From the NCBI RefSeq assembly GCF_006345805.1, contig NC_042997.1:120900001-120964000 (forward strand): a stretch of 64,000 nt of DNA. The letters run 5' to 3'. Positions within the stretch are counted from its first letter, which is position 1. The number at the start of each line of letters is the position of its first letter. The DNA comes from Octopus sinensis (lineage: Eukaryota). Under the pieces are notes generated by a model that worked only from the letters and a program-made list of their open reading frames with translations, was not told the DNA's origin and did no database searches. Shown piece after piece: positions 26,147 through 38,402 of this stretch. A program made the translations under genes and the position numbers.

Positions 26147-27979
26147 TTATTGCTTATTTAGCTTGGGTTCGAATTTATCAATAAAATTCTTTTCTCTGAT
26201 TTTCCTCTCGATTTCACTTGGGCTGTGTAATTTGTAGAATGGAAATATTATATATATTTTCCGACCACATGTTGCTAGGTGGTTACTCAAAGGTATCTGA
26301 CGGACCTCTGGGTCTCTAATCTGTTGCCGGTGTACACGTGAGCGTTCTAATAGTGCGTTTCCCGTCTGACCTACATATATTTCTTCACAATTTGGGCATT
26401 TGATGCAGTAAATTAAATTTCTGCTTTTGCAGTTCATATTCGCGTTTGTGAATATTTTCCCGGTTTTTGTGTTTATATATTGACCGGTATGTATGAATTG
26501 GCATGTGCCACATCGGCTATCATTGCATTTAGATACCGTGAATATTTGGTCTTTGTTGCTGAGGTCAAATTTTGCCTTTGTTAGTAACGTTTTCAAGTTT
26601 TTAGGCTGTCTTTTACTAAGCACCATAGCTCGATCCGTGATTATGTCTTTTAATTCATTACTTTGGGCAATGATTGGTAGGTTTGCTTTGGCAATGTTGA
26701 AGATATTCTGGTGACATGGGTTGTGTGTCACTATGAATGGTATGACTTGTTCTTGTTTTCCTCTTCCTTGGGTTGTCCTAAGTTGTTGTATAGGTATTTT
26801 TATAGCCCGCTGTATGCCATTTTCTATAAGTAGAGATGGGTATTTTTGTTTGAGCAAAAATTCTCTTAGTTCTATTAGGCGTTTGTTCCTGATATTTGCA
26901 TCTTCTACAATAGTACAAATTTTTCTGGCTAGGCAGTATGGGATGTTACGTTTTGTATGTGGTGGATGGCACGACTTAAAATTTAGGTATTGATGTGTGT
27001 CTGTGTGTTTATAGTATATATCTGTGGTGATGGTGGTGTCTTTTTTAATTACCATTATATCCAGGAATGGTAATTTGGTACTACTCATCTCCTTTGTAAA
27101 TTGGAGAGATGGGTGTAGGTTGTTCAGGAGGATATTGAACTCTTCCAGAGTATTTAGAGATTCTGTCCAGATTATGAAACAGTCGTCTAGGTATCTCTTC
27201 CATGCCTTTTCAATATACTTTCTAAACCCAGTGCCATAGTTTACCTCCACCTCTTGGTAGAGTTGTTCTTCTAAGTATCCCATTACAGAGTTGGCGTAAA
27301 CGGGAGCAAACCTCGTTCCCATCGCCGTGCCTCTAATTTGGATGTAATTCTTTCCATTGAAGAAGAATGTGTTATTTTCTAGAATAAGCTTGACTGTGTC
27401 TAATATAAATGGCACTGTGAATCTGCTGGGAATCACTTCTCTATGTTTTTCTAACCAGTATTTAATCGCCTTTATTCCTAAATCGTGTGGAATATTGGTG
27501 TAGAGGCTTACCACATCAAAACTTAGTAAAACTGAATTTGTTTCTGTTGTTTTGGGAAGATGGGACAGGAAGTCGATGTCATCCCTGATGAAACTTGGTA
27601 TGTAAGTACATAGTGGTTTCAAAACAATGTCAGTAAAATTGCTTAGACGGTGTGTAGGGCATGCTGGACCAGCTATAATAGGTCTAAGTTTTAGGTCTTT
27701 TGGATGTAATAATTTTATGTACTCACTTTCTTGTTCTTTTACTGCCTGTTGAATGTTTTTTGATTTGTGTATTTTTGGTAAGCCGTAGAAGTTGCTGGGT
27801 TTTGGTTCAAAATTGGTGATGTAGTCTTTTTCATTATCCGTAAGTGAGTTGTGGTGTGTTGAAATCAGGTTGTTGATCTTTTTCATGATGTGGTGGTCTA
27901 TATTTGCGGGTATTTCACAATAGAAGGTTGTATCCTTCAGTTGGTCTTCAACCAAATCCTTATAGTATTCGGTATCCAT
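26147..27979 (-). CDS. Penelope-like retroelement ORF (RT + Cys-rich linker + GIY-YIG endonuclease), Neptune-like, 5'-truncated, 610 aa uninterrupted
   Basis: RT motifs RPII, SFDVVSLYTNIP, GTAMGTRFAP, RYLDDCF, FLDI and YYKHTDTHQYL...HP. Linker CxxxxCxxC. Endonuclease NLIYCIKCPNCEEIYVGQT...ER..HR...LSNH and EKNFIDKF..KLN. Confidence 0.97.
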   Translation of the reverse strand: MDTEYYKDLVEDQLKDTTFYCEIPANIDHHIMKKINNLISTHHNSLTDNEKDYITNFEPKPSNFYGLPKIHKSKNIQQAVKEQESEYIKLLHPKDLKLRPIIAGPACPTHRLSNFTDIVLKPLCTYIPSFIRDDIDFLSHLPKTTETNSVLLSFDVVSLYTNIPHDLGIKAIKYWLEKHREVIPSRFTVPFILDTVKLILENNTFFFNGKNYIQIRGTAMGTRFAPVYANSVMGYLEEQLYQEVEVNYGTGFRKYIEKAWKRYLDDCFIIWTESLNTLEEFNILLNNLHPSLQFTKEMSSTKLPFLDIMVIKKDTTITTDIYYKHTDTHQYLNFKSCHPPHTKRNIPYCLARKICTIVEDANIRNKRLIELREFLLKQKYPSLLIENGIQRAIKIPIQQLRTTQGRGKQEQVIPFIVTHNPCHQNIFNIAKANLPIIAQSNELKDIITDRAMVLSKRQPKNLKTLLTKAKFDLSNKDQIFTVSKCNDSRCGTCQFIHTGQYINTKTGKIFTNANMNCKSRNLIYCIKCPNCEEIYVGQTGNALLERSRVHRQQIRDPEVRQIPLSNHLATCGRKIYIIFPFYKLHSPSEIERKIREKNFIDKFEPKLNKQ

Positions 27980-28124
27980 ATATATATATATATCTATATA
28001 TATATATATATATAGGGAGAGGTTACGGAATATATATATAGGAGAGGTTACGAATATATATATATATATATAATATATATATAATATATATATAATATAT
28101 ATATATATATATTATATATATATA

Positions 28125-28235
28125 GGGAGAGTTTACGAAAAAAACAAGTGACGAAGACAGGTGGTGTACAAAACAAACAGATGTATTAGTATAACGCTCA
28201 GGAATAGAAATAGTCTTTTATGTTTCGTGCCTACG
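28125..28235 (-). mobile_element. Family H short HHR-type element, 5'-truncated inside its ribozyme
   Basis: GGGAGAGTTTACG...GACGAAGACAGG...TATTAGTATAACGCTCAGGAA...GTCTTTTATGTTTCGTGCCTACG is homologous to 57869-58064. Only the GAAAC half of the HHR remains. Confidence 0.75.
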
Positions 28236-28395
28236 ACGGGCTTCTTTAAGTTTCGTCTTCTAAATCCACTCAGAAGGTTTTGGTCGGCCCGAGGCTATAG
28301 TAGAAGACACTTGCCCAAGATACCACGCAGTGGGACTGAACCCGGAACAATGTTATTGGTAAGCAAGCTACTTACAGCACAGGCACTCCTCCGCC
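28234..28395 (-). mobile_element. SINE family A head
   Basis: Reverse complement reads GGCGGAGGAGTGCCTGTG..GTAAGTAGCTTGCTTACC...CCGGGTTCAGTCCCACTGCGTGG.ATCTTGGGCAAGTGTCTTCTACTATAGCC...GAAGCCCGTCGTA. Confidence 0.9.
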
Positions 28396-28524
28396 TTTAC
28401 CAGAAGTAATAACTTGTCCTCAACCTTTCCGAGTGTAATAAGTTGTCCTATACTTTTCCAGGTTTATGACCTTAAGAATATTATTTCTCTTGCTCGCATT
28501 ATCCCATATAATTTATATGTATGA

Positions 28525-28566
<42 letters not shown>

Positions 28567-28879
28567 TATATATGGAAAGAGAGAGAGAGAAACAGGCAAA
28601 CAAAGAGACGGAGAATATATGTATAATATAAAAATTTGCAGATGTGGTGATCCATAATATATAAACACAAGGTATATCTTAAGGCTTCTTTATACAATTA
28701 ACCGATCGAATATTTTTCCTTCTTTATGTATACTTTTTTCATTCTTGTACCTATAACAAATTCAGCCAGAGATCGAATCGATACTGGAGCACCACCTTTA
28801 ATGTAATTAGTACTGTTTCCAGTATTGTTTTGATGAAATAAATTATTTGACTTATCCACTCTTCTTTGTGTCTCTTGCT

Positions 28880-29590
28880 GCGATGTGCTTTCATTCCCTA
28901 TCTCAGATATACAACTCGTATATCTCTGAGGTTGTTTGGCAGAATGCTCCAAAATTTGCGGGCCTTGAAACCTAGTTATTACAGTACTGCTTCTTTATAT
29001 GGGGACGGAATCTTTAGTACAATGCTGTGCCATTCATTTTGATGATCAGTGTAGCTTTCAATTTAAAACGTTTGGTCAATTTTTTCAATATATTCCACAT
29101 GTATATCATAGAATGTCTCTCACATCTCTCTACAGAAGTAGAGACTCAGTTCTTATAGAATGATGAACTGATTCAATTTTCTTTGTGAAATGGCATTGGA
29201 TTTCCTTGAGTTTCGCTATCAGTTTCACGCTCAGCGGTGCGCACAGTCGTGAGCAATAATTCAAGCGTGTTAAGATTGAATGTATCTCAGAGAAGTATTA
29301 TATAATATATTTTCCGTTTTTCTAAAGGATCTCAGAATCGAACTATCCACTCGTTTCCGCAATTTTGCCAAGCTTGGGAAAATGCACATAGAATGTAGCA
29401 TAATTATTCGTGCAACGAATCTGATCCCGTGATTGCACGACTCTGCTTCTGAGTATTTTGCTTGTAGTTGGCGGGCCTATAGTAGATTGCTTGAAAATTA
29501 TGAGTATTGAACTGAATGTTATTCTCACCGGCCCTTTTGCATATTGTATTCAAGCCTTTCCGTAGTTTAGGATGTCAACAACGTTCTTCA
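28880..29590 (-). mobile_element. Decayed CR1/L2-like LINE ORF2 3' fragment
   Basis: Frameshifted motifs ENNIQFN..FQAIYY, ILRSFRK, VKLIAKLKEIQCHFTKKIES, RCERHSMIYMWNIL and YCNNLGFK...ILPNNLRD. Confidence 0.65.
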
Positions 29591-30922
29591 CCGCCTACGA
29601 TACATTTGTATCGTAGCTGACTATATGAATGAGAGAATGCCGGATAGAGCAACCAGAAAGAGTAGTGTCCCTGAGTATTTATGTATCTCTTGGTAACATT
29701 TTGTGAAAATCACGAAACGCATATCCACACAAGCATAGACAGACGCACACATAGAAACACAAACGTACACACATGAATGTATATACATGGGTGACCTGCG
29801 ATATTTCTAATGCTGAAACCGGGTCTATTTAGCCATTCCTTTGACCACTATATTTTACTGAGACGATTTGATGTTTAAGAAACTGAAAATTTATAATAAA
29901 CCTCAAATATTGGATATTTTAATGAAGTGTTGACGTTACATTTTTATTAGACATTTATTAATTAAAATTTGGGATTTGACTCTCCTGGTGAATTTGTTTA
30001 CAATCTATAATCACTGTAACGATTCATCCTCACGAGGATGAAATTTTAATTAATAATTATTATGTTTGTTTCGAATTTCGTTTTCATGCAGAGATTATGC
30101 ATACGTATTCTTCCATACTTTAAAACCTAATCTTCGTCAAAGCTATACAATGCAGTAATAAAATTCGCATTTCATGTGCACATGTACACTTATTAAATTT
30201 TCTGTTTACTGTTAATTTCTTTATTTGCATAATGGAGCAGATAATTAACAATCATGTGGTAACATTTTTTTGTTCTCGTTCACGCACTTCTGTTTATTAT
30301 TATTGTTGCTTGCATTGACTAGTTTTATAAGATATTTTCTATTTGTCAACTGCTACATGCGCTGTTATTTTTGTTACTATTACTGCTAGAGCTGTCTCAT
30401 TATAACTCGAAGAAAGATAGTATTTCTACTACGGAAATAATTAGTGAGATGGGAGGAAAAAAATAACAATGCATCATTTGGTATTCTTCATTTGCTATCT
30501 CTTATGCTCATACTGACAGCTTTCAATTGTGAGTTTTGTATGAATATTTCAACAACATCAATTATTTTGATGCATATATAAATGATTCTATTAATTTATT
30601 TGAACAATTCCTATATCCAGGCCATGAGACTGATATAGGTTATGGTAAATAAGAGTGTGATTGAATTATTGTTATGACTATGATTACTTGTAAACATTTC
30701 ATACATTTCAGAAATAATGAAATACTGTTGCATATATGCGTGTGTATATGCTATATTATGTAAGTACAGTTACATACATACATATATATATAGTAACACA
30801 CATACAAAAACACAGACATGAATTAACACACACACGCACACATGCACACATACATATGCTTGTGCGTGTATATATAATAACTATGAATAAATGAATATTT
30901 ATATATATATATATATATATAT

Positions 30923-31001
<79 letters not shown>

Positions 31002-31016
31002 TAGATATAGATATAG
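30923..31016. repeat. (GATA)n microsatellite
   Basis: Direct reading. Confidence 0.95.
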
Positions 31017-31020
31017 TTAA

Positions 31021-31201
31021 TCCAAACATGAAAACACAAAGGGAAAACACAACAGCACGAGGACGTGGAACAAGTATAGTATTAGTGGACGCTCAGGAAA
31101 GAAGGAAAAAAGGAAAGTTTAACGTTTCGAGCGGAGCTCTTCGTCAGAAACATAAGAAAGGGAAAGATCCAAAGAAGGGAAGATGGAGGATAAAAATCGC
31201 C
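31021..31201 (-). mobile_element. Family F short non-coding element carrying an intact HHR, between (GATA)n and (TA)n
   Basis: About 180 bp, no ORF, pyrimidine-rich on the minus strand, HHR in the middle. It shares the TATTAG..ACGCTCAGGAA block with family H. Confidence 0.75.
31117..31151 (-). ncRNA. Intact minimal type I hammerhead ribozyme
   Basis: GUUU-CUGACGA-A-GAGC-UCC-GCUC-GAAA-CG-UU^AAAC. Perfect 4-bp stems I and II, canonical core, palindromic AACGUU stem III. Confidence 0.88.
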
Positions 31202-31264
31202 ATATATATATATATATCAAACAAATCACAACCTAAAGGCAAAATTAACAAATGTCACAAAAGT

Positions 31265-31681
31265 GACAGAGTGTGTTGACTAGCACCACTTTTGCTAATA
31301 CAAATCAAAATCCACAAAAGCAGTGTATTAATGACTGACAAAGGGAGATAAGTCGCCTTCGTATACTTAAGACATGCTTACTGTCTTAATCCTCATCAGC
31401 GAATCTTAACGCCCAGGTTTAAACTCATATTTCTGTCAGTCTTATAAGAAAAACCATGTAAAACATGTGGTGATTTTGAAAAAAGCTAAATGTGTAAACA
31501 ACATATTAAAAAGGGAGGCTTATTAGCAATTACGACCCAAATACAGAATAAATAGAAAATTAATAGAAACTTAGTTTTAAAAAAGTACAGAGAATACTGA
31601 CCAGTACCACTTTTACAATAAATAAGTGTTAAAACAACTAAAAAGCCTGAAAAGCAGTGACTTAATGACTGACAAAGGGAG
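31265..31681 (-). mobile_element. Direct-repeat-bounded, retrozyme-like element with degenerate HHR
   Basis: 31317-31347 and 31651-31681 match at 29 of 31 bases, with weaker similarity extending about 50 bp further. CUGAUGA core at 31393-31399 with an 8-bp stem (31367-31389). GAAA is mutated to GAAG. Confidence 0.55.
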
Positions 31682-31690
31682 GAGAGTGTG

Positions 31691-31761
<71 letters not shown>

Positions 31762-31765
31762 ATAT

Positions 31766-32067
31766 CACTGTGATTACCGTGACCGACCAGGCTATCAGAT
31801 GATGCTTCACATCGCTGGTCACAATGCGCTTCACATTGTTTTAGCCTTCAAATGAGCCCCCCGCTGGGTAAGCGAGCAGTCCCACAGAAGAAAGAGTGAA
31901 AGTTGTGGCGAAAGAGTACAGCAGGGTTTGCCCCCCCTCCCTGCGGAGAATCGTGGAGCATTAGGCGTTTTCGCTCAATAAACACTCACAGCGCCCGGTT
32001 TGGGAATCGAAACCGCGATCCTACAACCGCGAGTCCGCTGCCCTAACCACTGGGCCATTGCGTCTCC
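31766..32067 (-). mobile_element. SINE family C, full-length tRNA-derived
   Basis: Minus head GGAGACGCAATGGCCCAGTGGTTAGGGCAGCGGACTCGCGG...GGTTTCGATTCCC has A and B boxes. The body matches the copies at 25158 and 40433. Confidence 0.9.
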
Positions 32068-33544
32068 ACGCACACACATACACACACACAATACACATAC
32101 ACACACATACACACACATAAACCACCCCCACACACACATATATATATGCACACAACTCGAAGCAGCATATGCTTGTCATTCACGTCTTCGCAGTTCAGTT
32201 TGTGACATAAAATATGTCTACGTTGCACACACTTTTGAAAATTAAGATGGAGAGAAATCAAAATATATAAGTAAAATAGACATTATATTAATCTAATTTA
32301 ATCTAATTGATTTAAGTTCTCTTTTGTTTATTAATCCCTAAGTAGTTATACGATCCTGCTTATTTTAATTCTCTTATCTGCAATTTATATATTATCTACC
32401 ATAATATTTATCTTTTTATTCTGTTCCTCCACTTCAGTGCGCCTTCCTTCTTTTCTTATTAAAATAGATTACATTTAATCGTAATGTCAACCCGTACATG
32501 ATCAGAATTTAACCCTTTCCGCTAAAAAAAAAAAAGATGTTTGATTGAATTTCCATAGAATGTATACGCTAGTTCTGTATTGTTTAATATTATGTTAAAC
32601 AAAACCTGACTGTCTGTGGGGTGACTGTCAATTTGGAGTATTGATCTTCATTACTGACTAGTTTAGGTTTTAGATTTCCCTATTTTGGGAGTGCTTAAGC
32701 TAATTTCAGCCCTTTTCATTCATCAAGCGTAAGTACTCCACATTTTGTTGATTCTAAACTACTCATGAATACAATTTCCTTGTATACCAAGCGAAATGCA
32801 ATGCCTCCGATATAGGAAAACATCGAATAAAAGAACACTGATGAGACTAATAGCCGACTGGATGAATAAAATCCTCTTTCTTTCATATGTTCCTATATCA
32901 ATGGCGACATTATATCGTCTTGGCCTTTGACTGGCTGTAATTGCTTGCCCTTGAGAACATCCTACAAGATGAAAATATTTCTAGCATTCCCACAAACCAT
33001 TTAAGCATAAATATTTCATAAGGAAATTTATATCTGGAAAAATACTGCAGTGAATTTGCGTTTCTTGGTGTACTTCCACTATGTAAGAATCATATATGAC
33101 TATTTAAACACCACATTTTGGAAAGGACTTATCAATGGATATCACTTAAGATATGCTACTCTCTGCGAAACTAATGTTTCAAGAGGCGTATTCAGAAAAT
33201 ACTTTACACCTGCTCCAGTAAATGAGATAGAAGATATATATGTCTATTATTCATTAGCAAATCTTTACTTGTGTATTCAGTAATTTTCACTACGGCTTCT
33301 TCTAATTGAATGAACAACGAAGCAATGGAGCAGCACAAGATACGCCTCCTCAATTGTAAATACTTTGAATACCGTAAAATGTATTTATAATAGAAGAACA
33401 GAGTTTAAGACTGGGCAAACAACGTAACGCACAACTGAGGAATTAAATATACATGTAATAATAGATAGCAAGTATAGTAAGAATTTGTGATAAGGAAAGC
33501 AACTTTGCATGTCATAAATGTGAGAGTAACATTAAATATACCAA

Positions 33545-33961
33545 GGCGGTGAGCTGGTAGAATCGTTAGCACGCCGGGCGAAATGCTTTCCTGCATTTCG
33601 TCTGCTGTTACGTTCTGAGTTCAAATTCTGCCGAGTTCGACTTTGCCTTTCATCCTTTCGGTGTCGATTAAATAAGTACCAGTTACGCACTGGGATCGAT
33701 ATAATCGACTTAATCCGTTTGTCTGTCCTGGATTGTCCCTTCTGTGTTTAGCCCCTTGTGGATAGTAAAGGAATAGGTATGTGGTCTGCCGTTACATTCT
33801 GAGTTCAAATTCCGCCGAGGTCAACTTTGCCTTTCATCCTTTCGGGGTCGATAAATTAAGTACCAGTTACGCACTGGGGTCGATATAATCGACTTAATCC
33901 GTTTGTCTGTCCTTGTTTATCTCCTCTATGTTTAGCCCCTTGTGGGCAATAAAGAAATAAG
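33545..33961 (+). mobile_element. SINE family B, full copy plus head-truncated tandem second copy
   Basis: GGCGGTGAGCTGG.AGAATCGTTAGC head. The block GAGTTCAAATT..GCCGAG...TTTGCCTTTCATCCTTTCGGGGTCGATAAATTAAGTACCAG occurs twice. This central block resembles conserved SINE central domains (from memory). Confidence 0.9.
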
Positions 33962-35096
33962 TAACATTAACTACAGCAGAAACTTCAAAAATATAAACTA
34001 ATCAGCTAACAGCAATTTTTTTGTTAACATTATAAGCAATCGGTTGGGTGGAAACATAGCGAATTTATTCTGAGGCATAAGTGGTATCATCTCTATGACC
34101 GGGATGTGTGGCCTCGTTGCATGAGAAAATTATTAGAAGATATGCAAGGAATATGCAGGTTAATACAGCTCCATTTCGGAACAAATTGAAGAGTTTCACA
34201 TGCCCTCAAAATAAAAATGAACGCATATAAAAAAGCAGAAAGCAAACATATTCGCCAATTTAATGATTGTAGAATATATCTAGGAGGGGTACCCAACCTA
34301 CAGACAGGAATACAGTATGAGAAACGAGGCCAAATCTCTTCGCTCAGAAACTGGTGATATAATACATGGGTTATCTCCGAACCAGAGTCGAACTAAATAA
34401 CAATAATACCATCGACATAGAAAGATTTTCAAGTTATGCAATAGAAGTAGCTCTACATTTAAATGTTTACCTATATAACATACTCAACGTATTTATTGTT
34501 GAAAATTCAGAACCTGCAGTTTAGCCTGGGAAAAATCAATGTTTTGGTTAAATTTTTTTTTAAATAGAATTTAGAGCTAAGCGGAAGAAATCACTGTGGA
34601 AGTGACCGCGTGAGAAACACACTTCACGTCGTACGACTTGTCAATGCCACGTACGCATGTTACTTCCCAAATCAGGTCGAATCGGCCATACTCATAATAT
34701 ATTAATTACACACTAGTCGTCAATGATGCTGCATACTTTGAATGAAATAATAAATTTGAATTATACGATAGAAACACGTCGAGAGTAAAAAAATCTTCAT
34801 CTATATAACCATGTATGTCTATCATTGAAAAGACAGAAGCTGCACATTTTTGCCCTGGAAAAATTCATTTCGAGACGAATTTTGTTACAAAACGAAGACA
34901 CTTCAGAGCTAGGGGTAATGAAAACACCGTGTAAGAGAAAAGTCTCCGTGACAATGACAAGTACACATTCCATCTTCGTTGGAGCTTTTCCATGTCATGT
35001 ACCTGTGTCACTTCCAAAACGACGAGGCAAAATGAATGATAAATTAGTTTAGTGATTTTCTATCTTATTTCTCACAGTATTTTATGATAATGTGTT

Positions 35097-35216
<120 letters not shown>

Positions 35217-36289
35217 TTACAATTAATTAAAATAACTGTGCATTCATATGTATTGTTTTAACTATATAGTTTCCTTTCATCATGTTTACTTGTACATATA
35301 ATTTTGAAGTTCCTTATTTACTATCTGAATCTCTGGTTCATTTCAAGGCACATACAGGATTAACTGTTGAAAGCTGTTGATGTTCGAAAAGCTATTATCC
35401 AAGAAATATCTATTTCATCAAAATATTAAAAAAATAAGATGGAGATTCAATTTTCAAATTAGCTACATTTATTTACGAAGTGTAACACGTGCATTGTTTC
35501 TAAAATATTTGCACTGAAAGGGAAAAAATATAGCTACACAATAGCTTTACAATCTCTTAATAAAGATCTGAAGTACTTAATATGCTCCGTTCCTGTCTAT
35601 AAACATAAGGGACAAATTAATTATGTTCCCATCTTCTAAGAGAAATCGAATTTTCATACTATTTCACCCAATGATCTTTATACATGTTATATAGAAATGC
35701 CAAACGATCTGATCTGATTGATTGATTACGTTTTAAAACATAGCATGAAGTCGCGCGAATGAGTCTCTTCGTTAATTGAAAATACAACGTAACAACAGGA
35801 GACGTGTGCATTAATTTTAAAATGCCATTGTTTGTAAAGGTATAACGTGCTGCCAAGGAGTTTCGTTATAGGTTCACACAAAAAAATATTTTGTGTTTTT
35901 TTGCACGTTCTTAGGATCAGATTTTCGCATTCCCCAAGTTCAATTTTCCTTTCCACCTTTTTATATTCGGGCGAGTACTACCAAGATCGATGCACCGATG
36001 TAATCAATAACTCACAACCCGTACGTTTCTTAAACAGGCATAACGCATTCTCAAAAGCGATTATAAACGTTATTTCCTCCTTTGATGTTCCTTTCTGCTC
36101 CATTTCCTAGCGTGTTTCTCTCTCCTATTACCTCCACTATTCTTATGCATGATCATATTATCTTGTATCCCCCACCATTTTCCACCAGATTTCCAAACGT
36201 AAAGGATATTATACTACGCCGACTTTCTGATATTTTACTTCTGCCATATCACTTATTTCATGTCCCTTATTTCTGCCACTTATTTCTTC

Positions 36290-36368
<79 letters not shown>

Positions 36369-36439
36369 ATATATACAGACATGCAGAGATTAGATAGACA
36401 ACTTTGATTTTCAAAATATTTTATTTGATATCAATTGGT

Positions 36440-36800
36440 TGGATAGGTTTTTTTCAAGCTGCTCGTCCATAATACCCAAGCTTATGCAGATATGTAACAC
36501 ACGTTCTTGGACACGTTCTAGCTAATTTGCAATGTCAGAAGCCTTCGAACGGGGTTCGTTTTCCACAATTCTCTCCAAACAGCAAAGCTTCCTTTCCGAG
36601 GACCCAGGTCGATCGGGACGAGAATCTGTTAACTTTTCTCTTGACTTTTGAATTGCATTATGATTCTATTAACAGTAGCAAGAGGAATTTGATGAATTTT
36701 CGGCGATTTTACGCTGGTTAAGATCAGCCTCAGATTGCCCAACAATACGACCGCTTTCAAAATCTGATAGTTCTGCTGAAGTTTTTGTGCGTGGCGTGGT
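36440..36800 (-). mobile_element. Tc1-like transposase N-terminal (HTH) fragment, decayed
   Basis: PRTKTSAELSDFESGRIVGQSE...QRKIAE../IPLATVNRIIMQFK...SRPDRP...LHKLGYYGRAA.KKP, with frameshifts. Confidence 0.75.
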
Positions 36801-36993
36801 TACTCTTCGCAGATGATTAATATAGCTGTACCTGGAATGCAAAAGAATAATTAGATTGCAAATTCTACACCGCTAAAAACATATTAAGACGCTTAGATCA
36901 GAAATGTTAAAAATTAAAGAACGTATCTATTTACTTCCTGCATGTCTCACTCTCTCTCTCTCTCTCTTTATATATATATATAGAGACATATAT

Positions 36994-37071
<78 letters not shown>

Positions 37072-37087
37072 CATATGCACGTGAATA

Positions 37088-37136
<49 letters not shown>

Positions 37137-38176
37137 CTATATTTGCATAAATACATGCGTACACCGACATATTTTGTTTCAGGCAAATTCCAGACAACGT
37201 ATTCTCAACATCCTTAGTTATAAAGATTGTTTACTAAACACCGGTCGAAAAGTATCGATCGCAGATCTTGTGCAGTGAGGTTGTTAACAATGTAGCCATG
37301 TCCTCAATCTATCGAGCCTTTTTTTAGGCCTGAGAGTATTTCAAAATATCACCCGAAGTATCAATAATCAGAAAAATGTACTGTTCAATAGTTTTGTTCA
37401 TTTTCTTCCTTTACTTTTTTTATAATTAGCTCTTCCAATTACGACAATTAATTTTCAAATAGTTTTAAGTGAAATTAGAGCATTGTAATTATCTTTGCTG
37501 TAGGGGTGTAAATTAAGCAATAATTACCATTATCACGTTTCTCAAATATTCATCAGTAAAAATCTATAAATAACAAGAAAATCAACACCATTGAAATATC
37601 TATGATATAATATGATTTTTTACAGATATATTTGAAATCCGAACTATTGTGAAAATTAAATACGTATTTTATTGTCCTTGGTTCAAATTCTTCCCAAAAT
37701 TCTTTGTCTTTGCTGATAAAATGATTTAGAATAGTACACTTGACTCATTCGTTGCATTATTTATTTAAAAGAACTGAGAGAATGTTCACAATATTCTACG
37801 GATAATTTTATAACCAATACCTCCGTTTAAATGATTTTGTTGTTGAAAATAGCTAGAAAAATATTCCATCTTTCTCACAGCAAACTAATAAAGTTCAAGG
37901 TTTTAAAACATTTATTTATGGAAATTGATCGATCGAATCAGTGTTCAAAAGAAGCAGTATCATTTGGACCCCATTTAAAGTAATTAGGAATAGCGGCACT
38001 ATGATGTTTACCTTCATGTACTAGCTGTTTTTACATTGTATTTGCTTATATATGTTAAATATAACTTTCTCAATGTGTTTACTAAATGCATTTCCTCGCA
38101 GGAAATTTTCTTTGGCAAATATTTGAAGGCAACATATCATTTTTCAGAAACATGTGTTACAGTAATAAAATTTAGT

Positions 38177-38332
38177 AGGAGTGGCTGTGTGGTAAGTAGC
38201 TTGCTGACGAAATACATGTTTCCAAGTTCCTTACTACTGCGCGGCACCTTGGGCAAGTGTCTTCTAGTATAGCCTCGGTTCGACCAAAACCTTGTGAGTG
38301 GATTTGGTAGACAGAAACTCAAAGAAGCCCGT

Positions 38333-38402
<70 letters not shown>

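Noticed and set aside
31990-32067. tRNA gene calls for the SINE heads (also 22809, 33545 and 38177)
   Set aside because: They have A and B boxes but no complete cloverleaf or acceptor stem, and each is fused to a repeated SINE body.
32832-32860. CUGAUGA-GACUAAUAGCC-GA
   Set aside because: Stem II is mismatched and GAAA is absent.
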